Origin: Mytilus californianus
Taxonomy: Eukaryota
DNA: 64,000 nucleotides
Reading direction: 5' to 3'
NCBI RefSeq assembly: GCF_021869535.1
Contig: NW_026262701.1
Span: 98,394,001-98,458,000, forward strand
Shown piece after piece: positions 1 through 13,200 of the stretch. The position numbers were made by a program, and so were the translations under genes. The notes under the pieces were generated by a model. That model made no database searches and had not been told where the DNA came from. It worked only from the letters and a program-made list of their open reading frames with translations. Numbering within the stretch: the first letter of the stretch is position 1; each line of letters begins with the position of its first letter.

Positions 1-963
1 AATAAAAATATTCCTCTCTATACTATCTTTTGATTGTAAGTAGCTTCTGTCCAAGTTTGTTAAAAATCCAGGATAGTTTATGAATCTAATAAATGTTTTA
101 AAAACTTAAACTGCAGACTGTATGTAATGTTAACCCGAAGAAAAACTAAGTCCATTTATAAGTAAAATACGGAAAAAATGGAACAAGATACTAGCTTTTA
201 ATCATAAACAAGCTACTGTCCAAGTTTGGTACAAATCCAGGATAGTTTAAGAAAGTTGTTAAAATTTAAAAAAACTTTAACCACAAGGTGAATGTAATGT
301 TTCCTGGTAGAAAAACTAAGTCCATTTATAAGTAAAATACGGAAAAAATGGATTTTTTTTTTTACAAAATTTACTTTTGAATATTATCTTATGATCATAA
401 ACAAGCTTCTTTCCAAGTTTGGTAGAAATCCAGGATAATTTAAGAAAGTTATTAAAATTTCAAAAACTTTAACCACAGAGTGAATGTAATGTTTTCTGGT
501 AGAAAAACTAAGTCCATTTATAAGTAAAATACGGAAAAAATGGATTTTTTTTTTTACAAAATTTACTTTTGAATATTATCTTATGATCATAAACAAGCTT
601 CTGTCCAAGTTTGGTAAAAATCCAGGATAATTTAAGAAAGTTATTTAAATTTCAAAAACTTTAACCACAGAGTGAATGTAATGTTTTCTGGTAGAAAAAC
701 TAAGTCCATTTATAAGTAAAATACGGAAAAAATGGATTTTTTTTTTTACAAAATTTACTTTTGAATATTATCTTATGATCATAAACAAGCTTCTGTCCAA
801 GTTTGGTAAAAATCCAGGATAGTTTAAGAAAGTTATTAAAATTTCAAAAACTTTAACCACAGAGTGAATATTTGTGGACGCCGCCAACGACAACGACGAC
901 GCCGACGGAATGTAGGATCGCTATGTCTCGCTTTTTCGACAAAAGTCGAAGGCTCGACAAAAA
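1..963 (+). mobile_element. Pearl/DINE-1-like (HINE-type) non-autonomous element with 192-bp internal tandem core, 5' end outside window
   Basis: Core aaaaactaagtccatttataag at 141, 311, 503, 695 (period 192 after the first); GAC/GCC-rich microsatellite at ~878-908; 3' hairpin ttcgac-aaaa-gtcgaa then poly-A. Confidence 0.7.
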
Positions 964-1234
964 CCATTGTATATATAGACATAATAATTGACATCATTAT
1001 TTTGTTATTTTAAAAGAGTTTTCATAAGTGAGGTAGCTTAAACTTAAACATGCACAATCTGAATGGAAAAACAATTCTAAATTAACTTGTACTAAAAAAA
1101 TACTGAGCTCATAACCAAGCAATATATTTTGTTTATATGTAAAGCATATTCACACTATAACCTTCTACCATTAAAAACACATTAAATCAGCACTATACCA
1201 TGATGAAAACATTAACATCCAACACTATACCAAC

Positions 1235-4200
1235 CTGGAAGTGTTTCTGATTGGATAGTATCAGACATGCTCGGTAGCATGCTAGAGACTGCATCTGATA
1301 CAGCAGCGTTAACAGTTGGTTGTTCTGCTGAGTCCTCCAAACGTCTGGAAACCTTTTTCTGTTTAAAATATTTCTAATATCAACATCATGCAAAAAATAA
1401 TAACTTCAAAATAAAGATGAAATTCTAGTTTATAATATACATTGACAACTCCTTTTGGTTTATACAGGTTAAATATCAACCTGTAAACATTGGTTCAAAA
1501 TGTAATGGTCATAATCAATGTTTCTGAATTTCAGCTTCTTTTTGAAAAAACACAAAAGTAATAATAAATTAAAACAAAATAAAATAAAATAAACAAAATT
1601 TCAATATTGTTACCTTCTATAAACTCATCCCATTTCATAGCAAAGATAGGCCAATCTTTTCCTTTAATCTGAACAAAGTTGTAACAATTATCAAATATTT
1701 CTAAGAAAATGGCTTTACATTGATTTCTTTACACTGAACATTTTTAAAGAATGAAGCAGTACACAGACAAATCTAAGAATCTGAATGATGTTATCAATAC
1801 ACAAATGTGCTCTCTGTCTTTACCAATCAGCAATCATTGTCAGTAATTAAACAATCTTAATTGAATGCTTATTATATATTGTCAGGGGATTAAAAACTTT
1901 ATGAAATTTATGTATTTAAAAGGAGACATCTCTTTCAGTAGCTGAATTTATGCTACAACTTACCCTGGGTTTAGCTGCTGGAGTAATGGGTGTGGCCATC
2001 ATGTCAGATAGAGCTGCAACACCTTCTTGTTGTTCCTCCTGCCCTGCCATAGGTGTGGAGGTATGAGATGGGGGAGGGAATCTTGCTGCTATCTTACTCC
2101 TTTCCTTAGGAGTAGATGGAGGTCGGAGCGTCTCATCTAATGGCGTGTCAACTACCTTCACCGTAGCAATTGGCTCCTGAAAATACAAAGAAAATATTTT
2201 GAAGTAGAAACAAATAGGAGTACATTAACATCTAAAAAATTTGATGATGATGATGGATTAGTATTAAATGTCCAGTGGCAAATATCACATGCATATCAGA
2301 ACATGTTAAAGAAAGATGAAAATATGAACTGCTTTGTGCATCACCGACTTTGTCTTTGCTCTCTTAAATGCTGCTTTCTTGGAGTAGAAGCAGCAAATAT
2401 GGATATGGATTGACTAGCCTGGGGATCGAAACCCATGACTTCATGCATTTGAAGTGAGCATGCAACCAGGAAACCACTGAGGCGGTTATTTTTTAAAATT
2501 TTTTGTTTGAATAAAGGGCTGTCAGATGCAGAATGTTCTGTGTAGACATCTTTAAAGGGCCCTTCTATCATGTGATACTCACCTCTTTCTGAGGAAGGCC
2601 ACCTTTAGGAGGTAGATAGGTCTCTTGGAATCGGACATCAACCTCCATAGTTCCATTGACAGTACCTCTGGGACCTTTCAGTTCAAACACACCCTGTACT
2701 CCTTTGTTATGACATAGGGGTAACAAAGGTATCTCAGCAAAGCCAAGATATGATGCCTGTTCTGGGTCAGTATCATCAAACACAAATATTGTCAGTTGCT
2801 GAAATGTATAGAGAAGATATCTAAGCAGAGTCAATGTTACCAGTTAAGATTCTTGAGAAACAGTAATATTAAACTAGTTGCTGAAATAAGGCCAAGGCCA
2901 TATGATGACCTATAATTGCTTACATACACGTCATTTAGATTCTGTTGGATAGGTGTATCATTGGCAATCATACCATATCTATTTATTTTTATATGTCAAC
3001 TTCTTTCAATCAAACTATGAAAATTCTAGTGTTTTGTATAATAACATCTATTTTTACATAAGGAAACTCTTGTGACCAGGGGCCTTTTATAGCTGACTAT
3101 GCAGTATGGGTTTTACTCAATGTTGAAGGCCATATAGAGACCTATAGTTGCTAATTTCTGTGTCATTTGGTCTCTTGTGGAGATTTGTCTCATTGACAAT
3201 CATACCACATCTTTTTATTTTTATATTGTGTTGAGGATGTAGTTCATTCTAATTCTTTAGAAATAACTTCTCTATAAGAAAACCTTTTTAAAAATATTGT
3301 CTTCATGTTTTAAAGTTATAAATTAATCAATGTGGAGACAAAATAAACATTTAAAGAAGTAATCCAACTTCATTACAATACATGTACAAAATTCTACAGT
3401 GAAAGGTGTAGAGTCAAAATCATTTTCTCATTCACCAATCAATATTTTATATACATGATTCTTTTCCTTGACATAACATTTACTGAATATTGCCATTCTA
3501 ATTACAAGCAAAAACTGTAGGGCTCAAAGCTCCTGTCACACGAAAAACAACTTATAGACAAATACCTTTGTTTTCATGTACTGATCAAGGTCTGATGTCA
3601 TGGCAACAGGATATGTTTTATGATCATTGAATTCTGGGTTGTTACTGGCATGTATTATAGGTGTATCATGGTCATTGTTGTCATAAAACTGGTATACACA
3701 ATACGGTGACGGCTGAACTCCTGTAAATAACAAAAGCCATAAGTAATCAGGTTTAAACTTCATCAATATGGTTAGCTTAAATAAATGTCACTGATCATAC
3801 AATTAGAACTTTTAGAAAAACAACAATTCTGAACAACATGAAAACATTATCTTTATATTCATAGCAACCAAATACAATGATTAAATTGTACATATTATGA
3901 GTCTTCCAAGACTATCACAAATACTTAGTCAGAAATTTTTGCAAAAACTGCAACAGTATAGGTTTTAAATTAATTAAATCTCACATTTTGATAGCATTAA
4001 TTGTATGCATCATTTTCTAAAATCACAATAATTAATATTGCTTTTTCGTCCATTATTAAGCAATAGCAATAATAAATGCATGCAATATTTTCTGAATTCA
4101 CAGTATTTTGTCATAAATTCTTTTACCTCTCCTCCTGGACTGTAGTCCATTACAGCGTATAATTTTGATATGCATCTGGTTAATGTTATCTATCTGCTGA

Positions 4201-7200
4201 CGTTTCATGGCGACCTCATCAGTAGCTTCAATAGCAATCTCAGCAGCTCTCTTGTTTGTTGTTATGTAACCTAAAGCTTTCGTTCTCTCCTGCAGATAAA
4301 GAACATTATTTCTTATGCAGGAAAAATACTGCAATCTGATTGGTTAATTAACCCGGTGTAAATAACACCCCACCCTTGTTCACCCCGGGATCAATAAAAT
4401 TTTGCCAAAAAATAAAAAAAATTGCCAAAATAAAGAAAAAAAATTAAAATGTCAAAAAATAAAAATAAAACAAAAATAAATAAAATGTCAAAAAAAAAAT
4501 ATATATAAAAAATGAAAAATAAATAAATTTGAGGACAAAAAATTGTAAAAAATTAACAAATTAAAATTAAAAAAAATTTTCCCCCTAAAATTCAAAAGAA
4601 CAAAATTTTTTTTCTGAATCCCCAAAATAAAGATAAAAAGTATTTGACAATGAGCAGCAACATCGACATTGAAAAAATGTAACACTGGAAATTTTTAATT
4701 AGCATTTTTCAATTTTACATCCCGGTTTAAAAATGAGTAAAGGAATTGTTCATAAGAAATAAATTTGTTATCTTGGTGTAATCAGGGGTGTACGGACTTT
4801 TACACCGTTGTTGAAAATTCATACACCCATTCGGCTGCGCTTCAGGGTGTATGAATTTTCAACAACGGTGTGAAATTCTGTACACCCCTGTTTACACCAA
4901 GATAACTAATATTATTATTTGGCTTGGGGCATTAATAATAATATACAATAAATTTGATAGTAACAGGAACTGCTTGGATAATATAAAATAAATCTCTTAT
5001 CGTTCTGTTACCAAATTGACCAATGACAGTAGTCTCCAAAATTAAAAATTATCATTCTTTTGCCTAGTGCATTTTTAATAATTCACAATAAATTCAACAG
5101 TAGCTAGTTTTCCTGTTGACCAGTTGACAATGACTGTTGTCTCCAGAGTTAAAGAACAGTCATTCTGTATAGGTTCCTTTGTGCATTATCTGTGGCAAGT
5201 CTTTTAATAAATGTTTAAAAAATTCATCTCTACATGTTCGTGTTGTGTCCTTGTTTTTATTATGTTAATACATTTATTGAAGTTACTCAAGTCTTGGCAA
5301 ACAAATCATCAACCAGTAAATATCATTGATTTTACATGTAAAAGATGGTTTGATGGAAAACAAGTCTTCATCTAAAACAATTTGTCCATTCATCTACAAT
5401 CAATCTGTGTTCTGTCAATGATACCTGTATATATGCTAAAATCTTCAGTTTCAAAATGGTTCAGCTTTGAAGATCATTCCATGGTATCATTTCAAAGACA
5501 TTTGTTATTCAATTTATCAAAATAAATATTTCAATTTGTGTTTGTTATACATGTAATGGAAAAAAATATGGAAGTTTTACAACTGACAGCAATATGAATG
5601 AAGTTCTTACCTTGTAGAGTCTGAGTTCTTACCTTGTAGTCTCTGAGTTCTTACCTTGTAGAGTCTGAGAGCCTGTTCCATGGGTACACGTAACCTGATC
5701 CAGTATTCTACCATACCCAAACTAATGCCAGATCCTGTAGAATCTACACCTGTTTATAAAACATATCTGTTTGTAAAATAGGATTTAAAAATAATTCTTA
5801 CATATATTTCATACCTTAATTTGAAAGACCTGTCAGAAAACCTTTCATGTTATCAAGTTAAACATTTATAAAACTGTATATATGAAGTCTGAAATTTACT
5901 GATACCTGGAAAACATGCTCTTGAAGGTACATTACATAAATAACTAAATAACTGGGGAGAGATTTCTTAAAATACTGTAATTCATTGCCAGTCACATACA
6001 AATCTAGTCATACAATAAAAAAAATGTGGTCACACAGCACTTACAAGATAATTGCAAGAACCTAAACAATGGTTAATATCTGTTAGTGTTGTTTTTCCTT
6101 AAGCTTTTATATACACAGAAAATTGTATAAGAAAAATTTGTCAGAAATTATAAATAGTCCTCAAAACATATGTGATGCTGCCTTGGATCATTTTTTTTTC
6201 ATTTTACATCTGAAACAAGTGAAGTCAATTACATGTATCGTTTCATATCAATGCATATTTTTTTTACCAATTATCTATTTAACACATATTTTTGTAGAAA
6301 ACCCTACCTATTAGTGTAGCAGTACCATGTATTCTACCATGTGGTTTATCAAATATATCTTTAAATACCATCTGACAAGCTGCCACTGTTTTGTAGTCCT
6401 GTCCAAAGGACTGATGAAGCTCCATGGTACATGATTCCTAGAGAAGTACAATTACGTTGTTATTTTTGTATTGTTTCATTTTTCTCTCATTAACCCTGTA
6501 TCAGATGACACATAATCCCAGAATGTTTTAGCCTCAGTTTTATTCCATACTTAGACACTCTTATTTGATGCATTATTTTTCAATTTCTTTTTTTAATTCT
6601 GCCAAGAATATTCTTTTAAAAGGTAAGAAAAAAAATAAGCTTAGGTAAATTACCAACTGAATACATTAGATATTTGTGCTCAATAAAATACAAATATTCT
6701 GACATTTATTAAAATATATAATTTATATGAATTTTACCTACCTTTTGCAAGTAATGCAAGAAAAAGTCATCCACTTTAACGATGTACTGTGATGTGAAAT
6801 CAAATTCTGGTCTGAAAATGTAATAAATAATATTTCTTATGTCAGCATAAAGCTCTTAGAACCTGTGTTTGTATGTATCATTATAGGTCTTATATATAAT
6901 TTTATCTAATAATATCGAAATAAAAGAAAATGAAAAATATTCTGAATTTTCTGAAGTTATTTAGTTTTGTTACATAAGATTTGTGTTGTTTTCTTTCAAA
7001 ATGCCTCTAAATCAATGTCAAAAATAATTCTCTCGGACGAAAACTGCCGGAACAAATTGCAACGGTACAAAGATATAACAAAGAGACAAAAAATCAAACA
7101 TAATTTTATTAGAATTATAAAAGACAATAACATACAGATACATTGATCTGACCAGAATATTGATCCCAACCCATATATATGGTTTTATTTTAGCCTCACC

Positions 7201-10200
7201 AAGCTAAGCAAAAGTTTTGTCCCTGTGTCTATCAAACTTCCGGTATTCTTTTGAGTCGAACTATGGGTATCTCAAAATATTTCTCTGGTCCGACTGACTT
7301 CGAGACAATGAGAGTCAAATGTATATATATATTTGGCTTAATCATAAAAAAAAATTAAAACCACACTTTAGCGTAGAGTAATTACAGACCTATCTTCATA
7401 AAGAGAGCTTTTAACCTATTAAATTTTAAACCTCTGAATATTTGATGTTGATATCAAAGCATAAATCATTCTTGTGTTGTCCAATTTTTGGCCAAAAACT
7501 TTTGTTATAAACTGTTTCTAAGAATTATAATTATAGTGTCTATTATAACAATCTAAACAAAATGCACAACTTGCTAGAAAATTGGATAAACGATAAATGG
7601 TTTATGTTGTAACATTTACATACCTTGCTCCTCTAAGTACAGGGGTGGACTGAATCTCATATTCAAAGAATTCCCATGTACAAAACAATAATGGTTCATC
7701 ATCTCCCAGAATCTTCAATCCATCATCTGACAGGCTTATCTGAAGAAAATACAATTAAAATTCTAAAGTTGGTAAAAACTCAAATAAATCATATTTTACT
7801 TTCATGATGATGACTCATTTACTCCAGACTTTACATGTACATTTAATAATTTCTACAAAGTAAACTATTTTTCTGACACATGAATCTATTCCAACCTACC
7901 TTGTGTATATGTTATGACACATGAATCTATTCCAACCTACCTTGTGTATATGTTACGACACATGAATCTATTCCAACCTACCTTGTGTATATGTTATAAA
8001 CATCAATGAATCTATTCCAAACTACCTTATGTATATGTTATGACACATGAATCTATTCCAACCTACCTTGTGTATATGTTATGACACATGAATCTATTCC
8101 AACCTACCTTGTGTATATGTTATGACACATGAATCTATTCCAACCTACCTATTGTATATGTTACGACACATGAATCTATACAAACTTACCTTGTGTACAT
8201 GTTACAACTCATGAATCTATACCAACCTACCTTATGTATATGTTACGACACATGAATCTATACCAACCTACCTTGTGTATATGTTATGACACATGAATCT
8301 ATACCAACCTACCTATTGTATATGTTACGACACATGAATCTATACAAACTTACCTTGTGTACATGTTACAACTCATGAATCTATACCAACCTACCTTATG
8401 TATATGTTACGACACATGAATCTATTCCAACCTACCTTGTGTATATGTTATGACACATGAATCTATTCCAACCTACCTATTGTATATGTTACGACACATG
8501 AATCTATACAAACTTACCTTGTGTACATGTTACAACTCATGAATCTATACCAACCTACCTTATGTATATGTTACGACACATGAATCTATACCAACCTACC
8601 TTGTGTATATGTTATGACACATGAATCTATACCAACCTACCTTGTGTATATGTTACAACACATGAATCTATACAAACTTACCTTGTGTACATGTTATGAC
8701 GCATGAATCTATACCAACCTACCTTGTGTATATGAATCTCAAACAGATTCTGTCCTCTTTCCAGGTGGATAGTTTCATCAAAATCTAGAGTTGGCTCTTC
8801 CAACTGAAAAAAGAATAAATATAACTTATCTGTTTGAGGAAATCTTGTAGCATAACTACTTTCAAAGATTTGTTATATATCATGTGTATTTGGAATTCAT
8901 GGGCTATTGTCACCCAATCTGTTTGGTTAATTTGTGTTAAATGCAGAAAATTAAGACACTGGGATAAAATTTGATCACAAAGTTTGTCTCATTTCCATAA
9001 TTGCCTCTATTAAGCCAATTTAGTCATTTAAGCTGTAGCTATGGTAGCATTTAATTTTGACATGATGCCTTCATTAACTCCAACATGATTATATTCTATA
9101 AGGTGCATCAAATACTCTCATGCATAGTAATCAGACTTCTTATTTTCACTGTTTTATACTCACAACGAACCAAAGAATTTCAAATGTTTCAAAGAATAAA
9201 TAAGTCATATCTTTACAGATAGCTTTACAGACGACTTTCACATACATGCAATTTCCCTAACATTTCAAATGTTACAATGCTTATGTTATTACATTACAGT
9301 AAGAGTCGAAATGAACCTGTGTAACCCATTCTTAATAAAAAGAACTTTAAATTGGTCTATTGAGCCTTACCTCATCAGTAGGTGCTGTAATCTTAAACTG
9401 CTTTGTACCATAAGCCACATCTCTCATTTGACTTTCTAATTTCTACAAAATACAACACACTATATTGTTAATTTACCGTTTGGAAAAAAAAAATACATTG
9501 TCTAATAGTATCATTAAGAATCAAGAATAAGGTAACCTTTATAGCAGGTTTGACTGTATGACCAAATCATGAATATTGCTTACCTTAATTCTAGCAGCTC
9601 TGATGTCCAACAGTCTGGCATATTCATCTAACTTAGTCTCATATTCTTTCTTTATTTCATCTATCTTAGTACTACTTATTTCAACCTATAACAAAACAAA
9701 TCAATACTGAAAACAAATACTGGCTATAAACTTTAAACATATAAGTATGGATTAGTTTTATGCAGACTGGACAGGTGTATTCACAGAAAATGTCTTTAAA
9801 AAATAGTTCCAATACCCTTGGTGGCTTAAGAACAAAGAATGACAACTTAAATGTAAATCTTTTTTTACCATTATTCATTTGTTTCAATAAATTGATGGAA
9901 AGAAAAAAAACTGTAATTATAAATTTCCATGAATTAAACCTTTCCTCTAAATAAAGTTAAAAATTACCCTGAATCAATATATTGAGAAAGGCCTTATAAA
10001 AAAGACAGTATACTGTATTGATCTCACTGAACCAAAAATACTAATTCTCCTTGGATTAAATGGATATAATAAAACAACAGATCAACATTAATTTTGAGAT
10101 TCTGAATCTAATGCATTCTGGGTAATATTTTCAAAAGCGTTCACCAAAACATTGTGATTGGTTGAAATTGTCCTAAACAATTGAAATTCAATCAATGACG

Positions 10201-13200
10201 TGACGTTATTATAAATTTAGGGTACAAACAATGAAATTACCCTTAGTCCATAAGATTATGAAACGGCCAAATTTTACAACAGGAGGAGCTGTAAGATCAT
10301 TCATGTTCAATGGTTACTACATATGATACATTCATACCTCATGTTGGTAATCTTTGTTAATCTTATGTTGTATGACCAAAAGATTTCTGGTCTTCTCTAA
10401 TTCATGGACTGTCTCAGCATACTCTGCCTGTATTTCTAACAACTGCTTATGCTCATCTACAAGTAATAAGTTCTTCAAGTTAAATACTACTGTTTGCTTA
10501 GTGTTGAGTAAGGTTACTACTAACAAAACTTCAAACCCACTGATTATATTTTGTAAAGATAAAGTTAATTCAATATCTAATTTAAATATGTCTTTAATAA
10601 AGTTCTGACAAAAAAATTTACAACTCTTGTTGTTTTTTAAACCTAGAGTCAACTTATACCCTTCATTCCCTTGTAAACATTTCATATAATATTGCTTTCA
10701 CACATGGTTTTTTTTTCTCATATGCTTATGTTTCAAGCACACCGAGTTACCTTTTTTCACTTTTCTTAATTTCTTTATAATTTATCGTTACATTGTATAT
10801 CATCTTTGAAAATATATTATACATAAGAATAGACGTCATAGTGAACTTTTTTTTTACAAATCTTCTGAACCATTGATTATATGCAAACCATAATATGTAA
10901 CAAATTTGCCAATAAAATGAATAAAACAGCTTGCTGTACATTAACAACAAACTCTCTTGTATCATTTAAGAAATGATGTGGTGAGGAAGAACATATTACT
11001 CTGATTCAGTAGTAAGGACAAATTTTTAGTTTCTTGTGTATAATTTGGAGTTTAGTATGACGTCCATTATCACTGAACTAGTATACATATTTGTTTAGGG
11101 GCCAGCTGAAGGACGCCTCCAGGTGCGGGAGTTTCTCCCTGCATTGAAGACCCATTGGTGGCCTTGGGCTGTTGTCTACTCTATGGTCGGGTTGTTGTCT
11201 CTTTGACACATTCCCCATTTCCATTCTCAATTTTATTGAATCTGACCTTTGGAGACTTCTACATCCACTTTATGTAGGAAGTCAGGATCTGGAATAGCTT
11301 TCTGTTTCTTCTGTTTAACTAGCACCAAAGCTTCTTCAATTTCACTAAAATCTATGGCACTCTCCTGTAATATTCAGTATTCATATAACAATAGAGGGTG
11401 TGAGAACAGTTTTATTTTAAATGTTTGGACTTGAAACACTCATTTTTATACCCTAATCTATTAAATTAATTCTTAAGAAGAAACTCATAAAGACTTTGAA
11501 TAATACTTTTATGGAACAATTTACGCTTTTTTTTTTAATTGAAATTAAATTTTTTTTCTAACTATAGCGTTTAAATAAAATAAGATTATTGATCAAAACA
11601 CTCATCTCTAATGGTAATTAATCAAATTGTATTGTTGAAGATTTTTTTTCAAATGAGATTTGTGTAGTACCATTTAATTTTATAAAGGCAAAAAAAATTA
11701 ATAAGACTATTGTACAAAACACTCCTCTCTATTTAGTTATGCCAGTTACAGTCAGGCATTTCAAATACTGTAACAAGGGGGAAATCTTCATGAGGGGTTT
11801 ATTTTTGCTAATTTCGTGATTACTTTAAAATAATTCCCTTTCTTAAATCTGATCTTTCAGGCACATCATAATAAAAGACAAGAAAAGACTTAAAAAAATT
11901 GGTAAACAGGTTTGGCCTTTTCAATCGCAAAATATAAACAGTCCTAAAATAGACGACTTTACAGTATTCAAACTCTTTTCACTAAATGTTAAAAATCTGA
12001 CCTTAGTAAAGAATCTCATCTTCTCCTTCAGATCATCGTACTCTTCCTTTAACTGGTAATGTTCTACCTGCATGGATCTGTAATCTTGTTGTAACTTCTC
12101 AAACTGATCTGTAAAAAGAAAAAAAAATGTTTGTGAATTGTTACAGGGCAAAAGGAAACTTAGCAATAACTAGAAAATAACTATTGTTCTTTAGTCTTTG
12201 TAAGATAGATGTCTTATTGACAGTACTACTGTATTTTCTTATTTCATCTGAAACCCTAAAATGCATAGATATACAATTCATTCCTATAAGTCTGTTTGTT
12301 CATTTGATGTTGCATCAATGAAATGCAAGCATACCAGACAAATGATGTTACCACACTGTATGGAAAATTTAATTATAAATACTACGATGATAACAATTTT
12401 TTCCATTAACTTGCCTATCACTACACTGTGTGTCGATAAAAAAATGTTCCCATGCCTTCCATTTTTAGACAGAAAGTATAATTCTGCTAATTTCTATTAC
12501 TCAGATTTTCTTGGCAAATATATTTAAGATGTCATCCTTCTTCTCTCACTGATTCTTTGTCAGTGTGGCTCCTTATATAATCATACCTGATTCTCTGGCA
12601 AGTTTATCTAGGATGCCACCCTTTTCTCCCAGATCAGCCTTTAGTGTGGCCTCTAGTTGAGCTATTTGAACTTTCAATGCATTTTCTCTCTGTCTCCATT
12701 CTCTTTCTCTCTCCAAGTCAAAAGCACTGTAAAATAAATACAATAATAACTTGCACATTACAAATAATTATAACTGACATTTTTTAAATTTTTTATCTAT
12801 AAAATAAACTGTTAACACAGAGATATGTCCCTACTTTTTGTTATTTAGACAATGCAAATGTTGAAATCAAAATAGCAATACTTTTAACATGTAAGTTATG
12901 CATAAATTCAAAGTCAATGAACCATGACTGAGGGTAAAGGGTCATACAATCTGCAGGGAAATGAGATGTGCCAATACTAATACAACTGCATACCAAATAA
13001 CATTGACTTATCATAAATTGTTCCCTATAAACAAACCTAAACACAAACATTAACTTGTAAACTATGTTAAAGTTTCAAAGTCAATGAACCAAGATGAGGG
13101 GGTGGGGCGATATAATCTCCATGGAAATGAGACTTGCAAATGCCTATACGTTTGCATACCAAATATCATTGACTTAACATTAGTGGTTCATCTTAGATTG

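Noticed and set aside
1150-1234. Fourth donor-derived repeat after exon 28 (cactatacc x3)
   Set aside because: Irregular spacing, and the units do not include exon sequence or a repeated donor.
2341-2571. 76-aa ORF just downstream of RPGRIP1L exon 26
   Set aside because: Exon 26 has a strong gag|gtgagt donor and joins exon 27 in phase; the ORF has no acceptor support or recognisable homology.
7874-8734. CRISPR-like array
   Set aside because: Units are contiguous with no unique spacers, the context is a eukaryotic intron, and there are no cas genes.
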